In this document: in pieces, positions 44,380-53,638 of the stretch
Layout of the letters: every line of letters begins with the position of its first letter
Numbering within the stretch: position 1 is the first letter of the stretch
Virus record (IMG/VR): IMGVR_UViG_3300040801_003310
Span: 6,657 to 70,656 of that record
Origin: a virus
Strand: one strand, 5' to 3'
DNA: 64,000 nt
The notes under the pieces: generated by a model
What the model was told of the DNA's origin: nothing
The model's input: only the letters and a program-made list of their open reading frames with translations
Database searches by the model: none
Made by a program: the position numbers and the translations under genes

Positions 44380-46713
44380 TTATGTATTAGCGTCGTTGTC
44401 TACTATTTTAACTTGGGGGAACATAATATAGCGATCAAACCTATCAGTATCCTCGTACAAATCAACTGGGCTAATAAACCTGGTACTTCCTTGATCGAAC
44501 GTGGTTTCGTAAATCTCATCAACTGTTGAGTATTGACGATCAAAGGTAGTCATAATAGCCGATTCCCATTCCTGGTCATCAATGTCCCAGTGTTGGGTTA
44601 ATCGAAAATCAAGTGTAAATCGATCTAAGAAGAAGTTAATAGTATTGAACGGTGATCCAAATCGTTGTTGTATACGATATGCCACTAATTTTGAATTCCC
44701 GGGTGTGGTGTATGCAATTACCCAAGCCGGGACAAACCCAAGAACTCGTCCATCTTCTTGTTTACTCAACATCCATCTTGGAAGGATCCTAGATACCTGA
44801 CCGATTTCCGAAATTACCTGGCTACGCATATTTTCCAAACTGTTTGGATAAACCTCATTAATTTCTTCCTGGATGACATTCCCTGGACCTAAATTAATTA
44901 CGTTTGCAGCCAAATTGACTTTCTTTGAAATACTAACACCTTGTGGGTTTACAAGGTCATCAATTACTCTTGAATACACCACTTCGTATAATACATTTCC
45001 TTCATCGTCTAGTGCTCTTGCGGTTTTTATTTCGCCTAGTGTGATCTGTTTTTTATAATGGTTTAAGTTCATAGCTGCAAAATAATCTTCAATTGCCGCC
45101 GGACTTAGCCCATAGGCATGATGATAAATTACATTACTAGCTACGCCAAAGTTTGGATCATCGCGGCGATAAATTAACCTAGGATCAAAAACATCAGTGT
45201 TTTGCAATATTGTTTCTATTAGATATCGATCGTCTCTTGGCGGCATAGCTTTAGCATACAATACATTATATGGTTGATCGTTAATAACCGCTATCATTAA
45301 TGTAAACTCTTTAACCGCAGATACTAATCCATCACTTGAGTATGCCTCTACAGTAATTTTAAACGTACGATCAAAAGTAGTAGGATCAATTTCTAAACGA
45401 GTACCTCTTTCAGAATCAAACGTCGTTGTACCGCCATCGAGCATAAATGTTTTAAATGATGTTCGTCCAACTATATTACCAGATGGAAGCAAACGTAATC
45501 CCTGCGGCAATTTGCTATATTCGCCAGCCTTAAATCTATACTGCAATAGAGAAATAGGATGACTAGCTTCTACATATAATGTGCTGAATTCACCATTATT
45601 AACATATCCAAGAAACGCTGGTGTTATCCAAATGACATCGGCCTCTCCATCGCCAATGAGTGTTATATTATAACTGTACGGAACGCTTGAGATAGCGTTA
45701 TCAATCTCGCGGAACAATTTTATTTGAAAGTTATAGCTTTGGTTTACTAATCCAATATCTGGTAGGTAGCCATAAATCCAGCCGCTGGACGAATCCAAGA
45801 ACAGCCCTGTGGGCAATGCTCCGCCTACTACTGTATATTCAATGGCATACCCATCAACATCTTCGCCAACTAATTGATAAGCATAAAAATTATCATGGCG
45901 AACTTCACCTAAGTTGCCTCCGGTGTAGTTAATTAAGTATGGTCCACGTTGTGCTATCGAATCGGCTGTAATGAAACCGTTATCGGCAGTAAAGTCAACG
46001 TTGTCAGCCGTCATTGCATTTCGACTGAGAACAAAGATTGAATACTTTCTTGTGCTTATATCTTTGCCGTCGGTTATTTGCAAAGTGAATTCATATGCGG
46101 TACTAACTGATTTTGAACCTATGTCAAATGGATATTGATCATATAATGTTCCGTCTCGATCGAACCCAATGAATGCTAAATCAACTTCTAGTGCTGGTGC
46201 AATAAACCCAGTTATTCTTCCGTGTTTGGATATTTGTACACCATCTGGCAACGTTCCTGAAATAACCTCAATTGTAATTTCATCAATGTCGTCCAGGTCT
46301 CTCCATTCAATTTGATAGTCTATAGTAGTACCGTCAAAGTATTGACCAATGGATCCACTTGGAGTAATAAACTCTGGTGCATCTTGTCCGGTGACTGTTA
46401 GACTAAATGTTCTGTCAGCAATTCGATTCGCTTGTGATGTTGCTCTAATTGTGAATTTCGATTCGGTATTCTCGGATACCTCTGCCGGTACTCCTTTAAA
46501 ATCAGCAATTGAAATTGGGATGCCTTCGAGTATTCCGTTCTTTTGTACTTGTACACCAGCTGGTAATTTCCCTGCCAACAAAGAATACTCAATCTGAGTT
46601 GGATCGGTTGGGAAATCTGGATCAATCGCTCGAAGGGCAATCGAATAAAATCGTCCTTCAGGAACTGTTCCTAAACTTCCTGCTTCTGTTTGCCAGACTG
46701 GTTGTTGAGACAT
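44380..46713 (-). CDS. Virion protein with putative Ig (He_PIG-like) repeats
   Basis: Repeated GxLPxG...GxIxG units (GKLPAGV, GTLPDGV, GALPTGL, KLPQGL); TTFD repeats. Confidence 0.75.
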   Translation of the reverse strand: MSQQPVWQTEAGSLGTVPEGRFYSIALRAIDPDFPTDPTQIEYSLLAGKLPAGVQVQKNGILEGIPISIADFKGVPAEVSENTESKFTIRATSQANRIADRTFSLTVTGQDAPEFITPSGSIGQYFDGTTIDYQIEWRDLDDIDEITIEVISGTLPDGVQISKHGRITGFIAPALEVDLAFIGFDRDGTLYDQYPFDIGSKSVSTAYEFTLQITDGKDISTRKYSIFVLSRNAMTADNVDFTADNGFITADSIAQRGPYLINYTGGNLGEVRHDNFYAYQLVGEDVDGYAIEYTVVGGALPTGLFLDSSSGWIYGYLPDIGLVNQSYNFQIKLFREIDNAISSVPYSYNITLIGDGEADVIWITPAFLGYVNNGEFSTLYVEASHPISLLQYRFKAGEYSKLPQGLRLLPSGNIVGRTSFKTFMLDGGTTTFDSERGTRLEIDPTTFDRTFKITVEAYSSDGLVSAVKEFTLMIAVINDQPYNVLYAKAMPPRDDRYLIETILQNTDVFDPRLIYRRDDPNFGVASNVIYHHAYGLSPAAIEDYFAAMNLNHYKKQITLGEIKTARALDDEGNVLYEVVYSRVIDDLVNPQGVSISKKVNLAANVINLGPGNVIQEEINEVYPNSLENMRSQVISEIGQVSRILPRWMLSKQEDGRVLGFVPAWVIAYTTPGNSKLVAYRIQQRFGSPFNTINFFLDRFTLDFRLTQHWDIDDQEWESAIMTTFDRQYSTVDEIYETTFDQGSTRFISPVDLYEDTDRFDRYIMFPQVKIVDNDANT

Positions 46714-46717
46714 CTTC

Positions 46718-46999
<282 letters not shown>

Positions 47000-47040
47000 T
47001 CATTATAGTTTTAGTATTTATCCATAACGCATATCCAAAT

Positions 47041-47064
47041 AAAAAGCCCCTTGCGGGGCTTTTT
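47041..47064 (-). terminator. Intrinsic terminator
   Basis: AAAAAGCCCC-TTGC-GGGGCTTTTT. Confidence 0.85.
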
Positions 47065-47065
47065 A

Positions 47066-47233
47066 TTACTTTCTATCTAAGATGTTAAGTAGTTTTTTCG
47101 TGGGTTTTTTCTTATCTCGAGGAGGTTTATTTCCTCTAAGTTCTTTTACAAATGAATCAACTTCAGTTTGGATATCCAATTTGTTGATTTCATTTATAAC
47201 CTCTTCTAAAAAATCACTCTGCGTTCTTTTCAT
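47066..47233 (-). CDS. Small basic hypothetical protein (55 aa, not in ORF track)
   Basis: MKRTQSDFLEEVINEINKLD...KKLLNILDRK, ends just before the terminator. Confidence 0.5.
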   Translation of the reverse strand: MKRTQSDFLEEVINEINKLDIQTEVDSFVKELRGNKPPRDKKKPTKKLLNILDRK

Positions 47234-47390
47234 CAATGATTTCTTTACGGCGGGTTTTTACAAGTTTACTAATTTCGCCTAGTGCTTTGCGAGCACGGGT
47301 ACCAGCGGCCTTTACGCCTTTCTCAGTAAACTTTGTATTTTCTGCGATGTACGCTTCAATTTGAGCTAAGATTTGTTCGTGTGTTGTCAT
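47214..47390 (-). CDS. Histone H1-like (Hc1-like) DNA-binding protein (58 aa, not in ORF track)
   Basis: MTTHEQI...KFTEKGVKAAGTRARKALGEISKLVKTRRKEI; AAGGA SD. Confidence 0.8.
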   Translation of the reverse strand: MTTHEQILAQIEAYIAENTKFTEKGVKAAGTRARKALGEISKLVKTRRKEIIDEKNAE

Positions 47391-47415
47391 TGTAAGTTTC
47401 CTTTAAAATACGATA

Positions 47416-47691
47416 CTATTTAAGCAAAATATAAAGTCCAAGCAAGTTAATGGCAGTAAAAACCGAAACCATAACTAAAGTCCAGACTAATTCTCTCTTA
47501 TAGTAGACATATATGCCAACTGAAGACCCGATAGTATACATAGAATACACCATGAGCATATCGGGTTCTTTGGCTGTTAGGGCGAGATATAATGCTGCTG
47601 AAGTTTGCATCATAACACTAAACATTTCTAAAAAGAATAGTGTCGGGCTTTGATGGTAATTCCTTAGCAGGTAATTTTTAACTCGCTCCAC
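47416..47691 (-). CDS. Small 3-TM membrane protein
   Basis: Three hydrophobic helices. Confidence 0.65.
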   Translation of the reverse strand: MERVKNYLLRNYHQSPTLFFLEMFSVMMQTSAALYLALTAKEPDMLMVYSMYTIGSSVGIYVYYKRELVWTLVMVSVFTAINLLGLYILLK

Positions 47692-47704
47692 TTCGTAATT
47701 ATCC

Positions 47705-48172
47705 TTAATTTTCGTTGGCTTGTTTTTTTGCTAGCGTTGCAACCAACTGAAAATGGTCCCACGCTTCCTTAACCGCAGGAATTTCTAGAAGCTCTCCCGC
47801 TTCATCAACCATAGCTTTTACAGCTCGCCTGGCAATTTCGTTTGTAGACTTGCGATAAATCTGTAGCTGGTCAGAATTCTCAAAACTTTCTTTAAGTTCG
47901 TTCCATAATTCAACTTGACGTTCAGTTAGTTTATCCGCCGGGGGCATGACATCAAAAATGTTTATCAGCTCTGTCGAAATTGCCTTCTCGGCAACTGCAC
48001 CTGCTGCAACCAGCGCCGCATAATCGGGATTAATTAATCTACGAGTTGACCGAAACCCCGCTGTAATCGTCAATAAGTGGTGCCCTTTTGGGAGAGCGTT
48101 GAACAGGTCGGGGTCATGTACCTGTACTGGATGGTACCTACGGCCTTTCTTCTTGTAAAAAAGCTCAGACAT
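47705..48172 (-). CDS. Hypothetical protein with C-terminal PAVKEAWD helix
   Basis: FYKKKGRRYHPV N-terminus. Confidence 0.7.
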   Translation of the reverse strand: MSELFYKKKGRRYHPVQVHDPDLFNALPKGHHLLTITAGFRSTRRLINPDYAALVAAGAVAEKAISTELINIFDVMPPADKLTERQVELWNELKESFENSDQLQIYRKSTNEIARRAVKAMVDEAGELLEIPAVKEAWDHFQLVATLAKKQANEN

Positions 48173-48506
48173 CTACCACTCCTGGAGTTCCTATTACAAT
48201 TGACAATGCAAACAATATGACTAACACCGCCAAGAGTACCATCCCTGGCGTATCTAGTCCGTTGGTTTTTCCGTTTGTTGGCATAACCAATCCGTAGAAC
48301 TGAACCAGCGGGAATATTACCAATAACCCCCACCATTTATTATGGCCAATATTTTCCCACCGCCACATCGACACCATTAGCTGAGCAATAATCAGCAAGA
48401 TCATTAGTGTTAACGAAAGCGACAACGAAACGTTAGCCATTGCGACTGCTAAAGAAAAAAGAATATTTATCCCAACTATAGATAAAAAATAAAACACCCG
48501 TGTCAT
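48165..48506 (-). CDS. DUF805-like membrane protein
   Basis: MTRVFYF, WRWENIGHNKWWGLL, several TMs. Confidence 0.6.
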   Translation of the reverse strand: MTRVFYFLSIVGINILFSLAVAMANVSLSLSLTLMILLIIAQLMVSMWRWENIGHNKWWGLLVIFPLVQFYGLVMPTNGKTNGLDTPGMVLLAVLVILFALSIVIGTPGVVDV

Positions 48507-48596
48507 AGTCGACTCCTAACGCTCAAAAAGAAACCCGCGAATGCCATGAGGTATGTTCAATACATGGCACTCACGGGCTCCTTCGCCCTGATGGGC

Positions 48597-48980
48597 TTAT
48601 TCAGCGATTGCTTCGGCGAGCTCTTTCTCGATGAACTCTTCAACCTTTGGGTCAGACTTGCCAGACTTAGCCTTGGTCTTGACGTTCTTGGTGATGGTTG
48701 CCTTGACCTCAGCACGCTTACCTGCTTTGCTCTTCTCGGCAATTTTCAGGTCAACAACCTCGGCCTCAACGTCGTTGAGTTCGGTATTTGCGCGGAGCCA
48801 CTCGAGAGCAGCCAGTTTGGTCATACCGGACGGTAGTTCATGCAGTTTGATATCCGTGCATCCTGCTTTGTCCAGGATCTTAACACGGGCTGCGAGATCG
48901 TTCGCCCAACGAGGTTTAACGGTGCCATCAGCATTGACAGCGGTACCAACAACAGTAAAGGTTTTTTCGCTCATAATCAT
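48597..48980 (-). CDS. Early hypothetical protein, probably highly expressed
   Basis: Strong AAGGAG SD, GC-biased codons, Lys/Ala-rich tail. Confidence 0.75.
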   Translation of the reverse strand: MIMSEKTFTVVGTAVNADGTVKPRWANDLAARVKILDKAGCTDIKLHELPSGMTKLAALEWLRANTELNDVEAEVVDLKIAEKSKAGKRAEVKATITKNVKTKAKSGKSDPKVEEFIEKELAEAIAE

Positions 48981-49127
48981 TCTCCTTTAGAGAAATTGAC
49001 GTTAATGTAAATTGGCATTTTATGCCGGTTAAGTTAGCCTTCTCGGCCGGTATTTGAAAACACTTACAAGGTTTTCTATTGTAACTGTTTTCGGTTCTGG
49101 TTGAACAGTACCATTCAACATAATACT

Positions 49128-49156
49128 ATTATAATGGTTTTCGGTTCGGTTGTCAA
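49128..49156 (-). promoter_or_regulatory. Perfect-consensus sigma70 early promoter
   Basis: TTGACA-N17-TATAAT. Confidence 0.85.
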
Positions 49157-49163
49157 CCGGTTT

Positions 49164-49367
49164 TTAAAGTCTGATCATCCACGGTGCAGGATTATAGTTG
49201 GATCCGCCCGACCGAACTTCAACCGGTATTGAGATAACATTATTCATACCATACTGCGCACTCAGCATCTGCTGGGCGGCAAACGATGAATCTGCTTGGA
49301 ATCGAACCGTATGAGGGATACGGCTGTTGCCATTTCGAACGTAGACTTTTGCTTCCCAAGTTTTCAT
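49164..49367 (-). CDS. Hypothetical protein
   Basis: Start reassigned to MKTWEAKV, 5 nt after TAAATA. Confidence 0.6.
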   Translation of the reverse strand: MKTWEAKVYVRNGNSRIPHTVRFQADSSFAAQQMLSAQYGMNNVISIPVEVRSGGSNYNPAPWMIRL

Positions 49368-49380
49368 ATTGATATTTATC

Positions 49381-49635
49381 CTACTTAACCGGAATCTCAC
49401 CATCGTGGACCAGACGATCCATAATCCACCAATCTGTAAGGATCTTTCGACGGCCATTTTTCGACACCGCATAATGCGGTGGAATGGGTTGCCAGCCACG
49501 ATTAAACCCTCTCTGCTTTTTCAACGGCTTAAGGATGCCGTCGATCTTCATCGAGTAAAGTTTCTCCTCACTCAGATGCCAGAAATATCCCGGAAACCCT
49601 TTGACAGCAGCAAACCCGTCGGGTATCCTAATCAT
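49381..49635 (-). CDS. Hypothetical protein (NUMOD4-like N-terminus possible)
   Basis: VKGFPGYF...LYSMK...LKP. Confidence 0.55.
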   Translation of the reverse strand: MIRIPDGFAAVKGFPGYFWHLSEEKLYSMKIDGILKPLKKQRGFNRGWQPIPPHYAVSKNGRRKILTDWWIMDRLVHDGEIPVK

Positions 49636-50270
49636 TTGCCGTTCCAGCCTTTAAGGGTTGCTAACGTGAGTTCCGACAAGAACCCGTCGTCTGGAATCAA
49701 AAACGTTTCCTCAATCGATTCAAACTTAAACTCTCGGGTCTTGTCCTTCAAGTCGTCTCCATATATCGCCCAAACGTTATGATTAGTCCAGCGGGTCACT
49801 CGGCCGACTTTCAACGTTTTATATTGGCCAACACCAAACACCCAATCGCCTTTCTTGAGTTCTTGCTTGAACTTGTTGATTGGTGCTTTCTTTTCGACCG
49901 GCTCGTGTGTTTGTACGTTGCGTTGATATTTGGTTTTGTGCTGCCCAACAAGAACGTCAGCATGCTGCGTTCCAATTCGACCTTTTTTGATCTTGCCTTG
50001 GTCGTCTTCGGCCTCGTACAAATATGTGCCGCCATATGCGGAAATTCGTTTGCCGTCAGTTCCGAGGCTAACCTCAAGACCGTAAAGGAGACCAATTGTT
50101 CCTGCGGTTGCAGTAGCTCTGACCTCAATAAAAACGCCGTCGGGTACTGTTACCTCACCAACCTTTGTGAAGTGGTAACGAGTGTAAGCCCGACCTCGAT
50201 AATCTTTGAGCTGCTCTTCTTTGGTTTCAACACCTTGACAAGACTTTAGCAGTTCTTCATAACCGGCCAT
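49632..50270 (-). CDS. Hypothetical early protein
   Basis: 212 aa, coupled; KOW-like LKKGDWV. Confidence 0.7.
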   Translation of the reverse strand: MAGYEELLKSCQGVETKEEQLKDYRGRAYTRYHFTKVGEVTVPDGVFIEVRATATAGTIGLLYGLEVSLGTDGKRISAYGGTYLYEAEDDQGKIKKGRIGTQHADVLVGQHKTKYQRNVQTHEPVEKKAPINKFKQELKKGDWVFGVGQYKTLKVGRVTRWTNHNVWAIYGDDLKDKTREFKFESIEETFLIPDDGFLSELTLATLKGWNGK

Positions 50271-50478
50271 TAAACTCCCCCAACGTCATCACTTTCTCAA
50301 ACGTGCGGCCTCGGCCGTCAAAATTCATCGGCGTAACAAAGCGGATCACTTCGCGGGTGCCTTCGCGCACATAACCAAAGCATTTATTCTGGCGCAGAAT
50401 ATAGAAATGATTCGGAACATGGTAATCTACATTCCATTTCGTTGTCTCTTTGTACAATCCCATTTTCTGATCCGCCAT
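50257..50478 (-). CDS. Small phage protein
   Basis: KETTKW...PNHFYIL...FDGRGRTF. Confidence 0.7.
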   Translation of the reverse strand: MADQKMGLYKETTKWNVDYHVPNHFYILRQNKCFGYVREGTREVIRFVTPMNFDGRGRTFEKVMTLGEFNGRL

Positions 50479-50479
50479 T

Positions 50480-50914
50480 TTATGAACCCATGCTAAATTG
50501 TACTATCTGAGTGCCGCCTTCGTCAACCGATTTTACACGCACACCTTCAAGGAATACGTGATGGTAATCTTTAACCGTGTGGATCATTTCGTTGGCCAGC
50601 ACTGCTATATCAATCCAGCGCGGTTCGATGATTGGCTCACTTTGGTAATTATGTGCGTCACCACGTTGCACCCAAAAGTCGTCAACGGTTTCCACAAAAA
50701 TGCACCGCCCGGTCAATGCTATAGCGTCGAGTGATGCCGGGACTGAATAAATTACTGCCACCTTACCAAGTTCGGGGTTTCGAATCAGATCAAACAGGTG
50801 CCGATCATGTACTCGCTGCGCCCATTCTTGTTCAATACGCTCATCCGAAAGGTCACGATGCGGTTCGATTTGGCGATTGATCAATTTGATAATTGGCGTA
50901 TATTTCTCTTTCAT
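50480..50914 (-). CDS. Hypothetical early protein
   Basis: 144 aa, DYHHVFLEG. Confidence 0.65.
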   Translation of the reverse strand: MKEKYTPIIKLINRQIEPHRDLSDERIEQEWAQRVHDRHLFDLIRNPELGKVAVIYSVPASLDAIALTGRCIFVETVDDFWVQRGDAHNYQSEPIIEPRWIDIAVLANEMIHTVKDYHHVFLEGVRVKSVDEGGTQIVQFSMGS

Positions 50915-51198
50915 TCTACGAATCCACCTAGTTTAACCCACTCGACATATTCAGGTTTAAGCTCGATTGTGATCTCAAATCCCTTAACCGTTCCTTGTCG
51001 CGGTCCAAAATAAATATTATACTGGTTGCGCCCAATGATCGTTGCTATCCCACGTTCAACAAGTTTACGACATGCATTAACTTCTCGTCGACCAGAACTT
51101 TGCGTATCGTACCCAGCTGAATGCCGCCAGTGGCCGAGACGCAGCCCACGACTGGTGATGTCTTTGAGAACCTGTTGTTCGGTTTTGCCCAGCTTCAT
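50911..51198 (-). CDS. Hypothetical early protein
   Basis: 95 aa, ATGA-coupled. Confidence 0.6.
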   Translation of the reverse strand: MKLGKTEQQVLKDITSRGLRLGHWRHSAGYDTQSSGRREVNACRKLVERGIATIIGRNQYNIYFGPRQGTVKGFEITIELKPEYVEWVKLGGFVE

Positions 51199-51446
51199 TC
51201 GAGTATCAACGTTTCAGACATGAAACCACGCGACTTGACACGACGGTAGCCAACAAACCGCAAATAACTCGGTCCAATGTCATAACCGCTGCCATCCTGG
51301 GCGACGAGGCGCTCCTTGTACAGATAGAGCTCGTTGCCCACTTTCATATCTTTGTAAGACAGCCATCCAGGGACTTCAATGAGCGCGAACACCGGAACGA
51401 ACCACGGAGTTTCGTTAATTACTTCCTGGTACTCACTTACTCTCAT
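51195..51446 (-). CDS. Hypothetical early protein
   Basis: Start reassigned to MRVSEY with GAGG SD. Confidence 0.55.
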   Translation of the reverse strand: MRVSEYQEVINETPWFVPVFALIEVPGWLSYKDMKVGNELYLYKERLVAQDGSGYDIGPSYLRFVGYRRVKSRGFMSETLILE

Positions 51447-51654
51447 TGCTAGTATCCTCGTACGCCCTGGCAACAACTTCGCCCATACGACGAAACAGCG
51501 CCGGATCTTCCATAGTCTCCTTGACGACGATGTAACCAATTCCCTTGACCATGATGATTTTCATCTCAGGATTGTCCATCGCTTGACGAGCATACCTGCG
51601 CCGTTCGATGCCAGTGATCTCGTACACTGATTGAGTGGGATTTTTCATAGCCAT
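51433..51654 (-). CDS. Hypothetical early protein
   Basis: 73 aa. Confidence 0.55.
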   Translation of the reverse strand: MAMKNPTQSVYEITGIERRRYARQAMDNPEMKIIMVKGIGYIVVKETMEDPALFRRMGEVVARAYEDTSNESK

Positions 51655-51663
51655 TATTGGTGC

Positions 51664-51978
51664 TCACCCAAACTTCGCCAGCGCATTCAGAACACGCTTC
51701 GATCCACCGGACTTCTTCATTACGAAGTAGCCATTCTTGAGTGCGCTAATTGCGCCGACACCACCGCAGTCTGTGCCCCAAGTCGAGCCCGGGCGAGTGG
51801 TGGGCAGCAGGCCGAGGATGGAACCATATTCCATGTCCGCAGTTACGAGCGCATCGTTATCGCCCGGGGTAAACTCTTTGGAAATCTCCAGGATGTCGCC
51901 ACGGACATCGTATTCCCAACCGTAAGCCTTACACAGGTCACGGATTTCTTCTGCCGTTTCTTTTGCAGTAAGCGACAT
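51664..51978 (-). CDS. Hypothetical early protein
   Basis: Start MSLTAKE with GGAGG SD; GSTWGTDCGGVG. Confidence 0.7.
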   Translation of the reverse strand: MSLTAKETAEEIRDLCKAYGWEYDVRGDILEISKEFTPGDNDALVTADMEYGSILGLLPTTRPGSTWGTDCGGVGAISALKNGYFVMKKSGGSKRVLNALAKFG

Positions 51979-51979
51979 C

Positions 51980-52297
51980 TTAGGTCCTCCACTTATGACC
52001 GGTGATAACGTTGACCACTTCAGTACCAGGGCCAAATGCATTCCGGGCTTCAAACCGCTCTTCGAGCGTTGGCATGGTTGCCCGAGAAGCATAGTCAAGG
52101 AAGGCGTTAGCCACGTATTCCTGCCTTGCTGTTTCAGTAGCAGAGATACAGCTCGAGTCAATAAGTCCGGCGGTGTAAAGTTCTTGGATTGCATCGGCCA
52201 TCAACGGACGGAACTCACCGTCCTTCATCAACCAACCAGCAGCACCATTGCGGAACTTGACTTCGCCCTCGTTAAACTTTTTGATCACGTAGCTCAT
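51980..52297 (-). CDS. Hypothetical early protein
   Basis: Start MSYVIKK after the promoter; EERFEARNAFGPGTEVVNVITG. Confidence 0.7.
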   Translation of the reverse strand: MSYVIKKFNEGEVKFRNGAAGWLMKDGEFRPLMADAIQELYTAGLIDSSCISATETARQEYVANAFLDYASRATMPTLEERFEARNAFGPGTEVVNVITGHKWRT

Positions 52298-52328
52298 CGT
52301 TCGTTCGTTTTCTTTAAAGTATGTGCAT

Positions 52329-52357
52329 ATTATAGTGCCCAGAATGCTAACCGTCAA
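52329..52357 (-). promoter_or_regulatory. Sigma70 early promoter
   Basis: TTGACG-N17-TATAAT. Confidence 0.8.
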
Positions 52358-52372
52358 CCAAAATCATCCAAA

Positions 52373-52552
52373 TTTTAGTAATTAAAAGCACGGATTTGAT
52401 CAGGGCGGTTTTTGGTGGGCTAGCAGCATATTGACCCCCGTTTATGCTGCATTTTGTAAGCATTAAAGTATTATTTCTTTTAAAATCAATGACTTAGCTA
52501 AACGAGTGAATTTGCCCAAACAAACAGAACCATTAGTAAAATCAATGACTTA
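52373..52552. promoter_or_regulatory. Conserved 19-bp box plus two IHF consensus sites
   Basis: TTTTAGTAATTAAAAGCAC at 52373; AATCAATGACTTA (WATCAANNNNTTR) at 52484 and 52540. Confidence 0.65.
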
Positions 52553-52569
52553 CTGTAACACTCAAAATT

Positions 52570-52590
52570 AGACCCGCATTGCGCGGGTCT
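52570..52590 (-). terminator. Terminator-like hairpin
   Basis: AGACCCGC/GCGGGTCT downstream of the HTH gene. Confidence 0.55.
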
Positions 52591-52622
52591 TAAGATTAGT
52601 TATTATTATTGTTTGCCTGGAA

Positions 52623-52880
52623 TCAGGCTAGTTCAGCGCGGGCGCGTGACCCATTAACGTCGCGGGCAGAAATTGCGTATGCAGTTTCACCAAACTCGTT
52701 CTCAATCTGACGAACCACTAGCCCAGCGCGGCGAAGCTCGCTCATTCGGGCGCGAAGGTTCTGAATTCCGTAGAACTCACGAGCCTGACGTTCGGACAAG
52801 GTCTTGCCAGTACCGCGTAGATAATCATGCAGGAATTCGGTTTGTGAAGTCTGCAGACGTGTTACTTTAATTTTTACCAT
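52623..52880 (-). CDS. Winged helix-turn-helix DNA-binding protein
   Basis: LSERQAREFYGIQNLRARMSELRRAG. Confidence 0.75.
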   Translation of the reverse strand: MVKIKVTRLQTSQTEFLHDYLRGTGKTLSERQAREFYGIQNLRARMSELRRAGLVVRQIENEFGETAYAISARDVNGSRARAELA

Positions 52881-52938
52881 TTCTCAATCTCCTCAATCTG
52901 TCTAAAGTTTTATTGCATCTGTTGTGCAATGTAAAAAC

Positions 52939-52967
52939 ATTTTATTATAATTGTAGCAATTCGTCAA
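52939..52967 (-). promoter_or_regulatory. Sigma70 promoter
   Basis: TTGACG-N17-TAAAAT. Confidence 0.7.
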
Positions 52968-52981
52968 CGCAATTGGCAATA

Positions 52982-53572
52982 TTAGTCTACCCGTTTATCC
53001 AAAATGCGATCTGCCAATCCATATGCTACTGCCTTATCAGCAGTCATAAAGTTATCGCGATCGGTGTCTTTTAAAACGGTCTCGTATGGTTTTCCGGTGT
53101 GCTTAACGTATACTTCATTTAAAACCTTTTTCCAACGTAGTGTTTCGTTGGCGTGGATTTCAACGTCCGACGCTTGCCCTTGGAAACCAGAAAGAACTTG
53201 GTGAATCATATGCGTTGAATGCGGTAGCATTAACCGTTTTCCAGGTGCGCCAGCGCAGGCAAGTAACGAACCCATACTTGCTGCTTGTCCAACGATAACA
53301 GTGCAAACATCTGGTTTAATGAATTGCATCGTGTCGTATACGCCCATCCCTGCTACAACGTCGCCACCGGGAGAGTTAATATACATAGTAATGTCTGCTT
53401 CTGGATTTTCTGCTTCCAGGAATAGCATTTGAGCAATCAAAACATTACAAACCGGTTCTGTCACTGGTCCGCTCAACATAATAATGCGATCTTTCATTAA
53501 CCGCGAATAGATGTCGTATGCACGTTCGCCACGGGGTGATTGTTCAACAACGATTGGAATTAAACCAGACAT
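52982..53572 (-). CDS. clpP: ATP-dependent Clp protease proteolytic subunit
   Basis: DIYSRL, YINSPGG, AASMG (Ser), MIHQ (His), DRDNFM (Asp). Confidence 0.97.
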   Translation of the reverse strand: MSGLIPIVVEQSPRGERAYDIYSRLMKDRIIMLSGPVTEPVCNVLIAQMLFLEAENPEADITMYINSPGGDVVAGMGVYDTMQFIKPDVCTVIVGQAASMGSLLACAGAPGKRLMLPHSTHMIHQVLSGFQGQASDVEIHANETLRWKKVLNEVYVKHTGKPYETVLKDTDRDNFMTADKAVAYGLADRILDKRVD

Positions 53573-53638
53573 AAAATCTCCTTTTACTAATTGTTAGTAG
53601 TTTACGCTAAATAACACAATAATACAACAATTACGAGC

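Noticed and set aside
52360-52620. tRNA gene in the large intergenic gap
   Set aside because: No cloverleaf or T-loop GTTCRA pattern with an acceptor stem seen on either strand
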